Shown piece by piece: positions 19,809-30,370 of a stretch of 64,000 nt of DNA. Source of the DNA: an uncultured Actinomycetes bacterium (lineage in GTDB: Bacteria; Actinomycetota; UBA4738; HRBIN12); contig CAWBAK010000004.1 in NCBI GenBank assembly GCA_963786805.1, positions 30,037-94,036 of the forward strand. The letters are read 5' to 3'. Below the pieces are notes generated by a model. The model had not been told where the DNA came from and ran no database searches. It saw nothing but the letters and a program-made list of their open reading frames with translations. A program made the translations under genes and the position numbers. How positions within the stretch are numbered: position 1 is the first letter of the stretch; the number at the start of each line of letters is the position of its first letter.

Positions 19809-20437
19809 ACCGTGACGAGCTCCCGGATGTTCTCGAGCGTGGCGTCGCCGATCCCGGTGACGTCGAGGAGCTGGTCGACCGAGCTGAACGGTCCGTTCTG
19901 GGTGCGGTAGTCGATGATCGCCTGGGCGATCACCTCCCCGACGCCGGGGAGTGTTTCGAGATCGATCGCGGTGGCCGTGTTCACGTTCACCAGGCCGCCG
20001 GTCGAGACGCCCCCTCCGACCTCGCCGCCGACCGGAGCCGGTGGCGGCGCGCCGTCCTTCGGAACGAGGATCTGCGTGCCGTCGACGAGCGGTGCGGCGA
20101 GGTTCAGGCTCTGCAGGAAGGCTCCCGCCCGCGCGCCGCCGGCAGCCTGCACCGCATCGATCACGCGGGAGCCCTCCCTGAACTCGTAGACGCCGGGCCG
20201 GCGGACCCATCCGGCGACGTCGACGAGGATCAGGGCTGCGGGTGAGGTCGTCGCCCCGGGCGCCGGCGCGGGGGGACGCTCGGGCGAGGCGCGGACCTCC
20301 ACGGGCTTGGGCAACGAACGCAGGTACCAGGTACCCGCTCCGGCCACCGTGATCGCGACGACGCCGATGAGCGCGACGAGCTCCGCCCGAGACAGCGCCG
20401 AGAGCCGATCGCGGATGGACTCCCCCGACACGCGCAC
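19805..20437 (-). CDS. comEA: Competence protein ComEA (SLBB + helix-hairpin-helix DNA binding)
   Basis: N-terminal TM, SLBB-like segment (VDVAGWVRRPGVYEF), C-terminal HhH (LETLPGVGEVIAQAIIDYR). Confidence 0.85.
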   Translation of the reverse strand: MRVSGESIRDRLSALSRAELVALIGVVAITVAGAGTWYLRSLPKPVEVRASPERPPAPAPGATTSPAALILVDVAGWVRRPGVYEFREGSRVIDAVQAAGGARAGAFLQSLNLAAPLVDGTQILVPKDGAPPPAPVGGEVGGGVSTGGLVNVNTATAIDLETLPGVGEVIAQAIIDYRTQNGPFSSVDQLLDVTGIGDATLENIRELVTV

Positions 20438-20541
20438 CTCCTCCGATCGGCTCGCGCGGCGACCTGCTCCGCGGAACGACGAGGGAGAGCGGGAACGCGA
20501 AGGAAGCTAACGGGCTCCGAGCGAGGGCGCCGTGATCTGGG

Positions 20542-21915
20542 TCACAGCCGCGTCGAGGAGGCGGCCGCGATGCCGGTCACGGCACTGCTGCGCCCGTCAT
20601 CTGCGTGAACGGCTCGTCGGGGCAGCGTGAAACGGAACGCGGCGCCGCCCTCGACCGCTTCGTCCGCCACGATCGTCCCGCCCTGCGCCTCGATCAGCCC
20701 GCGGCAGATGTAGAGGCCGAGCCCTGCGCCCGGCTTGCCGGTGCCGCTCAGACGGTGGAACCGCTGGAAGACCGCCTCGCGGTCCTTCAGGCCGATCCCG
20801 TAGCCGGCGTCTCGCACCTCGAAACGGATGGCGAGCTCGTCGCGCGTGATCTCGACGGCGATCCGGGATTCCTCGGGCGAATACTTCTTCGCGTTGTCGA
20901 GCAGGTTGGTGAGCACCCGCACGACGGCGTCGGCATCGCAGACCACCCGGTCGACGCGATGCATCCGGAGGTCCACGCGGCCGGTCGTCCCCGAGGCGCG
21001 CTCGGCGTCGCTCACCAGCTCACGGACGTCGACCGATTCAAGATGCAGTCGCAGCACGCCGTCGTCGATCCGCGAGACCGTCAGCAGGTCCTCGACGAGA
21101 CGAGCGAGGCGCTCGGCCTGCGAGGAGGCGCCGTCGATGAGCTCCTCGCGAACGTCGGCTTGGATCGCCGTGCCGTGGGCCTTCAGCGTGCTCATGACGC
21201 CGATGATCGCCGCGAGCGGCGTGCGGAACTCGTGCGCGGCGATCGCCACGAACTCCGAGCGCTTGAGGTCCACGCGGCGAAGGCGCTCGACCTCGGCCCG
21301 CTCTTCCCCGAGCTCGAGCTCCCGGGACTCGGCGAGCATCTCCAGGTCGTGCCGTTCGCGACGGTGCTCCGCGCGTTGGTACGAGAGGAGCCCGACCGCG
21401 AACCCGGTGGCGAGCATCACGGTCGGCCGGTAGATCAGCTGCGACCGAGCGATCCCGCTGGGGATCGTCGCCGAAACGTGCAAGATCGTGAGACCCAGCG
21501 AGACGCCGAGCGTCTCCGCGAGGCGGAAGCGAAGGGCGGCCGAGACCACGACGATGAGGTAGAGCGTCCAGAACTCGCTCCGTGCCCCGCCCGTCGACTG
21601 CACCCAGAGCGTGATCAGCAAGATGTCGATCACCAGGGTGACGAAGCGCATGCGATAGGACGGGAGCTGATCTCCCGCCAGCACCATGAGGCTGGTGACC
21701 CCGTACAGCGCGGCCAGCGTCAGGACGACGATGGCGGTGGGGCCGAGGGCGCGCCGGATCCCGAGGGAGTTCACGTAGATCGCGGCGACGGCCGCGATCA
21801 CGACCAATCGGATCAGTGCGATCGATCGCTCGCTGCGGAGCGAGGTGACCCCGACTCCGCTTGAGACCGGAACCTGAACGGGGAACAAGGAGCCGGCGGC
21901 GCTCATCGGTTCCAA
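20542..21915 (-). CDS. Membrane sensor histidine kinase
   Basis: About six TM helices. H-box AAHEFRTPLAAI, N-box LLDNAKKY, G-boxes DAGYGI and GAGLGL. Start is TTG 21915 or ATG 21906. Confidence 0.8.
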   Translation of the reverse strand: MEPMSAAGSLFPVQVPVSSGVGVTSLRSERSIALIRLVVIAAVAAIYVNSLGIRRALGPTAIVVLTLAALYGVTSLMVLAGDQLPSYRMRFVTLVIDILLITLWVQSTGGARSEFWTLYLIVVVSAALRFRLAETLGVSLGLTILHVSATIPSGIARSQLIYRPTVMLATGFAVGLLSYQRAEHRRERHDLEMLAESRELELGEERAEVERLRRVDLKRSEFVAIAAHEFRTPLAAIIGVMSTLKAHGTAIQADVREELIDGASSQAERLARLVEDLLTVSRIDDGVLRLHLESVDVRELVSDAERASGTTGRVDLRMHRVDRVVCDADAVVRVLTNLLDNAKKYSPEESRIAVEITRDELAIRFEVRDAGYGIGLKDREAVFQRFHRLSGTGKPGAGLGLYICRGLIEAQGGTIVADEAVEGGAAFRFTLPRRAVHADDGRSSAVTGIAAASSTRL

Positions 21916-22062
21916 CCCACCTCCAATGGGGACCGGACCACCTCCCGATGGCCTCGGGATTGGTTATCGGACCTATCGCCCCATGGATTGAGCCGTCAGT
22001 TCCGCCGGTCCCAGAGCCCGCCAGAGTGCCGCGCCGGGGGCCGGAACGAAGCGGCGTGCGCT

Positions 22063-24513
22063 TCAGCCGGCCGTGACGAGGTTCACGAGGCGCGGCGCAC
22101 GCACGATCACCTGGCGGACCTCCCGGCCGTCGATCGCCCGCTTGACCTTGTCCGAGCCCAGCGCCAGGTCCCGGACCTCGTCCTCGGAGGCGCCGGCGTC
22201 CACCTCGATCCGGTCGCGAACCTTCCCGTCCACCTGGACGACCAGGACGACCCGGTCCCGCTTCGCCAGCGCCTCGTCGAAGGCCGGCCAGCGGGAGACG
22301 TGCACGCTCTCGGCGTTCCCGAGCGCCTCGCGCCAGAGCTCCTCGGTGACGAACGGGGCCATCGGCGCCAGCATCTGGACCAGCGCCGTTGCCGCCTCGC
22401 GCCCGCCCCCGCCGGAATCCAGGGTCGAGCGCAGCTCGTTCGTGAGGACCTGCAGCTTCGAGATGGCCACGTTGAACCGGAACCGCTCGAGGTCCGAGGT
22501 CACGGCCTCGATCGTTCGATGGGTGAGGCGCCGCAGCTCCTCGGGCTCCTGGGTCGCGGCTTCGCGCTCGGCGGCCTCCCACACGGCGGCGTGCACGCGA
22601 CCGAGCCACGCGTTCGCGGCCGGCCGGCGATCGGGGTCGGGCTCGATCAGCTTCCAGTCGATGTCGTCCTCGAACGGCCCGGCGAACAGCATCGTGACCC
22701 GCATCGAATCGGCGCCCCACCGCTCGACGAGCGGCATCGGCTCGACGACGTTGCCCTTGGACTTGCTCATCGAGGACCCGCCGAAGATGACCTGTCCCTG
22801 GTTCATCAGGCGGAGCGCCGGCTCGGAGAAGCTCACCATCCCCATGTCCTTGAGGACCTTGGTGAAGAAGCGCGAGTAGAGCAGGTGCAAGATCGCGTGC
22901 TCGACGCCGCCGGTGTACTGGTCGACGGGCATCCACCGGGCGACCTTCTCCGGGTCGAAGGCCTGGCGATCCTCGTGAGGCGAGCAATAGCGGAAGAAGT
23001 ACCAGGACGAGTCGACGAACGTGTCCATCGTGTCCGTGTCCCGGACGGCCTCCTTGCCACAGGTCGGACAGGTGGTGTGCTTCCACGTCGGATGGCGGGC
23101 GAGGGGCGACTCGCCGCCGGGCGTGAAGTCCACGTCGTCGGGCAGCAGGACGGGGAGCTGATCCTCGGGCACGGCTACCTCGCCGTGATCCGGACAATGG
23201 ACGATCGGGATCGGCGCTCCCCAGTACCGCTGACGGCTCAGCAACCAGTCCCGCAGGCGGTAGGTGACCGCGGCCCTGCCCTTGCCCTGTTCCTCGAGCC
23301 ACTTGACGACCTCGGGGATCGCTTCGGGCGATCGCAGCCCGTCGAACGGTCCGGAGTTCACCATCGCGCCTTCGTGGTCGTGGGCCTCGGTCATCGAGGT
23401 GGGATCGCGCTCCTCGCCCTCCGGCTGGATGACGACCCGGATCGGCAGCCCGTGATGCCGGGCGAACTCGAAGTCGCGCTGGTCGTGCGCCGGAACACCC
23501 ATCACCGCACCCGTGCCGTACGCCATCAACACGTACGGCGCGACGAACACCGGCACCTGCTCTCCGTTCACCGGGTTCACGGCGTGGACGCCGAGGTTCA
23601 CGCCCTCGCGCGTGTCCGCCTCCTCGCGAACGGTGAGCGGGGTCGAGCGGAGCGCCTCGATCATCGCGGCCGCCTCCGCCGGGACACCTCCGGCCCGGGC
23701 CAGCTCGGGGACGAGCGGGTGCTCGACCGCGAAGACGAAGAACGTGACGCCCCACAGCGTGTCCGGCCGCGTCGTGAACACCTCGACGCGGTCGCCGGTC
23801 TCGGCGATCTCGAACTCGACCGACGCGCCCTCGGAGCGGCCGATCCAGTTCCGCTGCATCGTGATGACGCGTTCGGGCCACTCGAGCTCCTGCGTGTCGT
23901 CGAGCAGGCGCTGCGCGTAGTCGGTGATCTTGAAGAACCACTGCGTCAGGTCCTTGCGGACCACCGGCGTCCCGCACCGCTCGCACGCTCCGTTGACCAC
24001 CTGCTCGTTCGCGAGAACCGTCTGATCGTTGGGACACCAGTTGGCCGCCGCCTTCTTCCGATAGGCGAGGCCCCGATCGAAGAACCGCTTGAACAGCCAC
24101 TGCGTCCATCGGTAGTACTCGGGGTCCGAGGTGTGGAGCTGGCGCGTCCAGTCGAACGACATCCCCAGGCGCCGGAAGGAACGGCGTTGCTGGTCGATGT
24201 TCGCGTAGGTCCACTCCTTCGGATGGACGCCGCGCTTGATCGCGGCGTTCTCGGCGGGGAGCCCGAACGAGTCCCACCCGATCGGGTGCAGCACGTTGTT
24301 CCCCTGCATCCATCGGAAGCGGGCGATGACGTCCCCGCCGCTGAACGCCTCGGCGTGACCCAGGTGCAGGTCGCCCGAGGGGTACGGGAACATGTCGAGG
24401 GCGTAGAAGCGGGGCCGAGGGTCGTCGGGATCCTCCGAGGCCCGGTACAGGCCCTCGGACTCCCACCGCTCGATCCACTTGGGCTCGATCTGGGTCGGAT
24501 CGTAGGGACGCAT
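22063..24513 (-). CDS. leuS: Leucine--tRNA ligase
   Basis: 816 aa with HLGH (GDLHLGHAEAF) and a KMSKS-like motif (SMSKSKGN). Confidence 0.95.
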   Translation of the reverse strand: MRPYDPTQIEPKWIERWESEGLYRASEDPDDPRPRFYALDMFPYPSGDLHLGHAEAFSGGDVIARFRWMQGNNVLHPIGWDSFGLPAENAAIKRGVHPKEWTYANIDQQRRSFRRLGMSFDWTRQLHTSDPEYYRWTQWLFKRFFDRGLAYRKKAAANWCPNDQTVLANEQVVNGACERCGTPVVRKDLTQWFFKITDYAQRLLDDTQELEWPERVITMQRNWIGRSEGASVEFEIAETGDRVEVFTTRPDTLWGVTFFVFAVEHPLVPELARAGGVPAEAAAMIEALRSTPLTVREEADTREGVNLGVHAVNPVNGEQVPVFVAPYVLMAYGTGAVMGVPAHDQRDFEFARHHGLPIRVVIQPEGEERDPTSMTEAHDHEGAMVNSGPFDGLRSPEAIPEVVKWLEEQGKGRAAVTYRLRDWLLSRQRYWGAPIPIVHCPDHGEVAVPEDQLPVLLPDDVDFTPGGESPLARHPTWKHTTCPTCGKEAVRDTDTMDTFVDSSWYFFRYCSPHEDRQAFDPEKVARWMPVDQYTGGVEHAILHLLYSRFFTKVLKDMGMVSFSEPALRLMNQGQVIFGGSSMSKSKGNVVEPMPLVERWGADSMRVTMLFAGPFEDDIDWKLIEPDPDRRPAANAWLGRVHAAVWEAAEREAATQEPEELRRLTHRTIEAVTSDLERFRFNVAISKLQVLTNELRSTLDSGGGGREAATALVQMLAPMAPFVTEELWREALGNAESVHVSRWPAFDEALAKRDRVVLVVQVDGKVRDRIEVDAGASEDEVRDLALGSDKVKRAIDGREVRQVIVRAPRLVNLVTAG

Positions 24514-24549
24514 CGCGGGGAATGGTAACGAACCGCTGACGCGGAGCGA

Positions 24550-26653
24550 TCAGCTCTGAGCGCGAAGAAGTAGGCTCAGCTCCGAGGCAGGCATCGGACG
24601 ACCGAGCAGGAACCCCTGACCGAGCCGACACCCGTGCTCGACGAGGAACGCCAGCTCGCCCTCCGTCTCGATCCCCTCGGCGAGCGGGGTCATGCCGAGG
24701 TTCTCCGCCAGGTCGATCATCGCTCGCACCATGTTCGCGTTGTCGGGGTCGGTGTCCACGCGCGACACGAACGATGCGTCGAGCTTCAGGATGTCGACCG
24801 GCAGATGCTTGAGCCGGGAAAGCGACGAATAGCCCGTCCCGAAGTCATCGAGGGCGATCGAGATCCCCCATGCATGCATCTCCGTGAGGATCTTCTGCGT
24901 CCGGTCGGGGTCGGCCATCGCGGTGGACTCCGTGATCTCCACCACGACGCTCCGAGGATCGACGCCGGAGGCCTTGAGCTTTCCGAGGACTCGCTCCGGC
25001 AGGTGCGTGGACCAGAGCTCGCGAGGAGACAGGTTGAAGCCCACCGTGAGTTCGTGCCCCTCGGCTTGCCACTCTCCCGCCTGGCGCGCAAGCTCTCCGA
25101 TCACCCAGTCGCCGATCGCCTCGATCAGGCCGAGCTCTTCTGCCACAGGGATGAACTCTCCGGGAAGGGTGAGACCGCCGTTCGGATGGCGCCATCGCAC
25201 CAGTGCCTCGACGCCCTCGATCTTCCCCGTCGCGAGCTCGACGACCGGCTGGTAGTGCAGCTCCCAGTGTTGCTCGGCGACCGCGCGTCGCAGGCGGGTT
25301 GTGAACGAGAGCCGGTCCACCAGCTCCTCGCTGTCGTTCGCGTAGATCACGTAGTTCGCGGGTCCGGATCTCTTCGCCTGATACATGGCCGCATCGGCGT
25401 TCCGCATCAGCGTCTCCGCATCGTCTCCGTCTCGCGGGTACAGGCTGATCCCGATGCTTCCCGTCGTGTAGAAGGGGGTCCCGGACACGTCGAACGGTTC
25501 GAGCATCGCGTCGCGCACTCGCACGGCCACCGACTCGGCGATCGCGAGCTGGGAAACGGCTCCGGCGCCCTCGCCCTCCAGGTCGGAGAGCAACAGGAGG
25601 AACTCGTCCCCGCCCTGACGCGCAACGAGGTCGGTCTCTCGAGTGCATCCGCGCAGACGCTCGGCGAGCTCTCGCAGCAGCTGGTCGCCGACGTGGTGGC
25701 CGAGCGAGTCGTTCACGAGCTTGAAGTTGTCGAGGTCGAGATAGAGGACCCCGACCCCGAGGTCGTACCGGCGGGCGCGCGCCAGCGCGAGCTCGAGCAT
25801 CTCCTCGAAGAGGACACGGTTGGGAAGTCCCGTGAGCTTGTCGTGGTACGCGAGGAACGAGACCTCTTCCTCGGCCTTCTTGAGTTCCGTGATGTCGAAG
25901 ATCACGCCCTGGATCAGCCAAGGCTCGCCCTGCTCGTCGCGGATCACGGAAGCCTGCTCGCTCACCCAGATGACGTGACCGTCCGCGTGGACCATCCGAT
26001 ACTCGTGGTTGAGTGACTCGTGGGTGTTGTACGCCTCGACGTACTCGTCCCACGCGCGCTCGATGTCCTCGGGATGAACGTGGCGCCGCCACGCGGTCAT
26101 GTCCTCGAGCCATGTCCTCCTGGCTGATGCCCAGGAGCTGCGTGACCTGCGGGCTGACATAGATCGAGCTCTGATTCTCGTCCACCGGATCGATGTAGGT
26201 GATCGCCGGGATGCCCTCGACGAGGGCGAGGTACTTGGCCTCGGTCTCGAAACGCGCGGATTCGGCGGCGCGCATCGCGGAGAGGTCCCGAAGCGTGAGG
26301 ACGATGTACAAGCCGTCGGTGCCCTGAACCGTCCCGATGTGCACCTCGAGGGGGATCTCGCCTCCGTCTTTGCGACGGCACGTTCCTTCGACCGTTCCCC
26401 CGGCGACCGCTCCGGAGAGCGGGACGCCGACCAGGACGAGGTCCGAGACCAGCCGGTCGGTCAGCTCGACCACGCGAGAAGCCCGACAACTGCTCCACGC
26501 GATGGTTCGCGTACACGACGCGGCCGTCCACGGCCGCGACCACCAGGCACTCGGGGGTCGCCTCCAGGAGCCCCAAAGGGTCGATGACGCCGTTGAGGTT
26601 CCATCCAAAGGGGATCCCTGGCCGCCGATCGCACGGCTCATCTCCATCGACAC
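24550..26653 (-). CDS. PAS-PAS-GGDEF-EAL signalling protein, interrupted by about 3 frameshifts
   Basis: GGDEF (RQGGDEF) and EAL (EALVRW) domains intact in ORF 24550..26160. Upstream PAS segments lie in two other frames (ORFs 24845..26653 and 26097..27962). Junctions near 26113, 26471 and about 26600. A GGAGG lies 9 nt upstream of the GTG at 26653. Confidence 0.75.
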
Positions 26654-26734
26654 GCCGGAATGCCTCCGCCGGTCCCCGTCGGGACCTGGGAGAAATATCG
26701 AACGCGCGAGCGCGCAACCTTAGGCAGGGCGCCC

Positions 26735-27962
26735 TCAGGACTGCGCCGGCGTTCGCTCCTCCATGCCCCAGGGCGAGCCGTACTCCTTCAGGAGATCCAG
26801 GAACGGGACCGGGTCGAACACCTCCGGCCCGAGGACCCCCACGCCACTCCAGACGCCGGTCGCGAGGAGCTCGAAGGCGATCACCGGGTTGATCGCCGTC
26901 TGCCACACGACCGCCTGCGCGCCGTCCCGCCGCCACGTCTCCTCGTTGTCGGCGACGTGGTACAGGTAGACCTCGCGCGGACCGCCGTCGATCCCCGTCC
27001 CGGTGATCCAGGTCCCCGCGCACGTCTTCCCGGTCATCTTGTCGCCGAGCGTCGCCGGCTCGGGCAGCACGGCGGCGACGACGTCGCGAGGCGACACCTC
27101 CACGCCGCCGACCTCGACCGGCTCGGTCCGGTCCAGCCCGAGCTTGCGGAGCGTCCGCAGGATCTCGATGTACTCCTCGCCGATGCCGTACTTGAAGGTG
27201 ACACGCCGGCAGTCGATCCACCGCGGGATCAGGACGATCTCCTCGTGCTCGACGTTCACGCACTCCACGGTGCCGATCCCCTCCGGGAAGGTGAAGCGCT
27301 CGGGCTCGCTGAACGGCTCGGTCGTGTACCACCCGCGGTCCTTCTCCCAGATCACCGGCGGGTTCAGGCACTCCTCGATCGTGGTCCAGATCGAGAAGCT
27401 CGGCGCGAAGTCGTAGCCGTGCACCTCCAGGTTCGCGCCGTCGCGCACGTTCACGTCCGCGATCTCGGAGAAGAGGTGGTCCGCGGCGTAGCGAGTGAAC
27501 ACGTCGGACAGGCCCGGCTCGACGCCGCACCCCACGAGGGCGAGCCGGCCGGCCTCCTCCCATCGCGACGCCTGGGCGAACTGGTCGTCCCCAAGCTTCT
27601 TGCCGACGAGCTCGTACGGCCGTTCGGGATGCGGCTCCGAGGTCGACAGCGCCATGTCCATGTAGGTCGCGCCGGCCTCGAAGGCACCCTCGAACACCGG
27701 CATGACGAACCGCGGGTCGACGGCGTTCAGGATGTGGTCGATGCCGTGCTCCTTGGCGACGGCGGCGACCGAGGTGGGATCGGAGGCATCGACGACCGCC
27801 GCGCTGAACCTGCCCGTTCCGCCGTCGTAACGGTCGACCACACGCCTGCGCCCGCCCGGGATGGTGATCGGCGAAGACGATGTGCTCGTAGAAATCGCGT
27901 CGCGCCGCGATGGGCGCGACGGATCCGCCGACTCCCCCGGTCCCGACGACGAGGATGCGCAT
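26735..27962 (-). CDS. Saccharopine dehydrogenase-family oxidoreductase, interrupted by a 1-nt frameshift near 27842
   Basis: Rossmann N-terminus MRILVVGTGGVGGSVAPIAARRDFYEHIVFAD in ORF 26097..27962. Body in ORF 26735..27841. Removing one T in caggcg[t]gtggtc gives ...GRAQAVVDRYDGGTGRFSAAVVDASD. Confidence 0.75.
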
Positions 27963-28025
27963 GGCGGCGAAGTCTATCCGGCGAGCGGCGCGCGATGGGG
28001 TCCGAAGTGTGAGGGTTCTCGGCGG

Positions 28026-28834
28026 TCAGGACTCCAGCTTGGCGAGCCGAGCCGCAAGGCGCCGCCGCTCCATCTCGGCTCCGCGCCGCTCGCTCTCGGC
28101 TGCGCGAAGGGACTCGCGGGACTCGCTGCGACGCGCCTCGATCTCCTCGTGCCGCCGCCGCGCTCGATCGGCGGCAGCGGCCGCGGAACGCTCCCGGCGC
28201 TCGGCCTCGGCCAGCTCTCGCCGCAGTCGCTTCGCCTCCTGCTCGCGCTCGGGGTCGTCGTTCGGTGGCCGTCCTCGCGGTTCCGGCCCGCGCTCGCCGC
28301 CGCCGGCTTCGCCCCTCTCCCACCCTCGAGCACCCGCAGCCCGGGCTCGCCGAACGAGACGGGCGGCTGCAGCGGCTTCGTCAGGCGTCCGGAACGGAGC
28401 AGCTCGCCGGACTCCTCGTCGACGGCGGCCGCATCGAGGGTGGAGGACAGGTCGTCCTCGTGCGAGCCGGCCGACGTCCCCGCCCGTTCCAGGATCGCCG
28501 AGGCCTTCCGGGCGAGCCGTCCCACGAGGCGCCGGCGTTCGTCCGTCGCCTCGCGAAGCGGCTCGACGTCCCCGCCCGAGAGCGCTCGCCGCTGTGCGTC
28601 GCGGAGCCGAGTGCCGAGCTCGAGGAGCTCGCCGATCCCCTCCGGGTCCTCACGCGCGAGCGCGTTCAGACCCCAGGCGGAGACGACCGGCTTGCGCAGC
28701 CCCTTGACCCGCTTCGCGGCCTCGCCGTCCCCGGTGCCCTGAAGCTCCTTGGCCAGCGCGTCGCGCTCGGGCGTGAAGCGGTCCAGGGGCAGGGCGTAGA
28801 GGGCATCGATCCTGCCCTCGAGCTCGTCGGCCAC
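28026..28834 (-). CDS. Hypothetical protein with Arg/Glu-rich coiled-coil C-terminus, apparent 1-nt deletion near 28283-28290
   Basis: GTG at 28834 is preceded by GGGGAG. N-terminal domain VADELEGRIDALYALPLDRF... is in ORF 27974..29386. The tail ...PEPRGRPPNDDPEREQEAKRLRRELAEAERR...LAKLES* is in the third minus frame, ending at 28026. Confidence 0.5.
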
Positions 28835-29180
28835 GGTCGCTCCCCTCGCTCTCCGTCGGGTCTGCGGCCCGGAACTCTGGACGCAAGACCCCATCTTCCG
28901 ACAGGCTACGTCCGACGATGCGAGGGCGAACGGCCCGAACGGCCCGACCAACCGGAGGAGCGATGCGGCGTCTCGGAGACGACCGCACCACGCGCGGCCC
29001 GGCTTCCGCCGGGATCCAAGCCGCGGGCGAGATCGATCGCAAGGCGTTAGCCTAGGAAACGGCTTCCTGACGTCGCGTCGAACCCGACCTGCTGGGCGTC
29101 GAGGCGCAGGGCCGAGTCCGTCCGATCTGCCGCGGCGATCGCGGAGCCATCGACGGGGTCGTAGCCCGCGGCCGAGCTCG

Positions 29181-29935
29181 ATGACGACGAAATCCGGTGC
29201 TGCGCCGAACCTACCTGTGCATCCACTTCCCGCAGAAGAGCTACTACGGCGGGCTCGCAGGAGGGATCGTGAGCGGACGCCCGTACGCGCTCCTCCCGCG
29301 GCGGTTCGGGCCCTGAACAAGGTCGTGATCGGGCCGAACGTGAAGATGATGCAGTCGCATGCTCGTTCGATCAAGTCCGAGGGCAAACCCGGTCAGGCCT
29401 GGCATCAGGACGACGACGCACATCCCGACGAGGCACCCGCGACCGGTCACATCGCAGCCGTGCTGGATCGACGCTCGACGATGCGACCGTGGAGAACGGC
29501 TGCCTCTGGGTGATCCCGGGTTCCCATCGCGCCGGTGTCCTGTATCCCGACGCGCGAACAGGACGATCCCGCGCTTCGACTGCACCCGCGAGGCCTACGG
29601 GTCTCCGCTATCGAACGAAGGAGGACGGCCGTTGACGGTCGGAGCTGAGAGGCCGCGGCGCTCGTCTTCGACGGCGCGACCTCTTGCACCGCTCCCTGCG
29701 CGAACGCGGACGGCAAGGCATGCGGCGGGCGCTCGTGAACCACTACATGAGCGCGGAGTCGCTCCTACTGTGGTTCGCCCCGCAGAGGGGCGAAGCCCAT
29801 GAGCACGCTCGATCACCGGGACGTGCTGCTCGTGTCCGGCGAGCGATCTCGTACATCTTCCGGGGCACGACCGACGTCATGCAGCCGCACATCGCGGCCC
29901 GACGGCGAAGGCGGCTGCATCCGGTGAGCCGCTAA
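29181..29935 (+). pseudogene. Phytanoyl-CoA dioxygenase (PhyH)-family Fe(II)/2OG dioxygenase remnant with multiple frameshifts
   Basis: PhyH-like motifs are scattered over all three plus frames: KPGQAWHQD, LDDATVENGCLWVIPGSHRAGVLYP, EAAALVFDGAT, LLHRSL...RRALVNHYMS, DHRDVLLVSGE. At least 5 frame changes are needed. The N-terminal region is not recognisable. Confidence 0.5.
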
Positions 29936-30306
29936 CTCCCCTTCGCGTAGTTGCTCGCGCCGAACCAATCCACGACGACGACGGGCTCGTCGCCGACGAC
30001 CCAGGCGTCGTGACCGCGCGGAAGCGACGTCACGTCCCCCGGGCCGGCCTCGAACTCGGTGCCGTCGTCCATGCGGATCGCGAGCCGCCCGCTCACGTGG
30101 TACTGGAAGTGCGGTGCCTCGCAACTCTCCGTGCCTGCGATCGACTTCAGGTCGTTCGACCAGCGCCAGCCCGGCTCGAAGACGAGCCGTCCGAGCTCGG
30201 CGCCGCTCACCGTGAGGATCTCCGCCCTGCCCTTCGGGAACTCCCGGGTCTCCTCGGGCTTCTCGAACGTCTTGTGGGCCGTCTCCTGCGTCTCCGTGCC
30301 CTGCAT
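29932..30306 (-). CDS. Cupin-domain protein
   Basis: 124 aa from MQGTETQ. A strong GGAGGGGAGGA Shine-Dalgarno sequence lies 5 nt upstream of ATG 30306. Cupin-like beta-barrel segment (HFQYHVSGRLAIRMDDGTEFEAGPGDV). Confidence 0.7.
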   Translation of the reverse strand: MQGTETQETAHKTFEKPEETREFPKGRAEILTVSGAELGRLVFEPGWRWSNDLKSIAGTESCEAPHFQYHVSGRLAIRMDDGTEFEAGPGDVTSLPRGHDAWVVGDEPVVVVDWFGASNYAKGS

Positions 30307-30350
30307 CGTGTCCTCCCCTCCTCTGGCCAACCTGCTCCAACCCGGGTATC

Positions 30351-30370
30351 CTTACCTACTAGTAGATAGG
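30351..30370. promoter_or_regulatory. AT-rich palindrome, candidate TetR operator
   Basis: Perfect 10-bp palindrome CTACTAGTAG (30356-30365) with imperfect flanks. Sits in the 85-bp divergent cupin/TetR intergenic region and is the most AT-rich spot locally. Confidence 0.35.

Noticed and set aside
24514-24549. T-box or other leader upstream of leuS (and of valS at 59588-59643)
   Set aside because: The spacers are only 36 nt and 56 nt, far too short for a T-box riboswitch. No specifier or T-box sequence is evident.
21038-24631. 1197-aa ORF on the minus strand spanning the histidine kinase, leuS and the end of the GGDEF-EAL gene
   Set aside because: Its composition is dominated by Arg/Gly/Pro/Ala with no motifs. 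It overlaps the leuS frame, which carries HLGH and KMSKS-like motifs and a full LeuS sequence. This is a typical stop-poor alternative frame in about 70% GC DNA.
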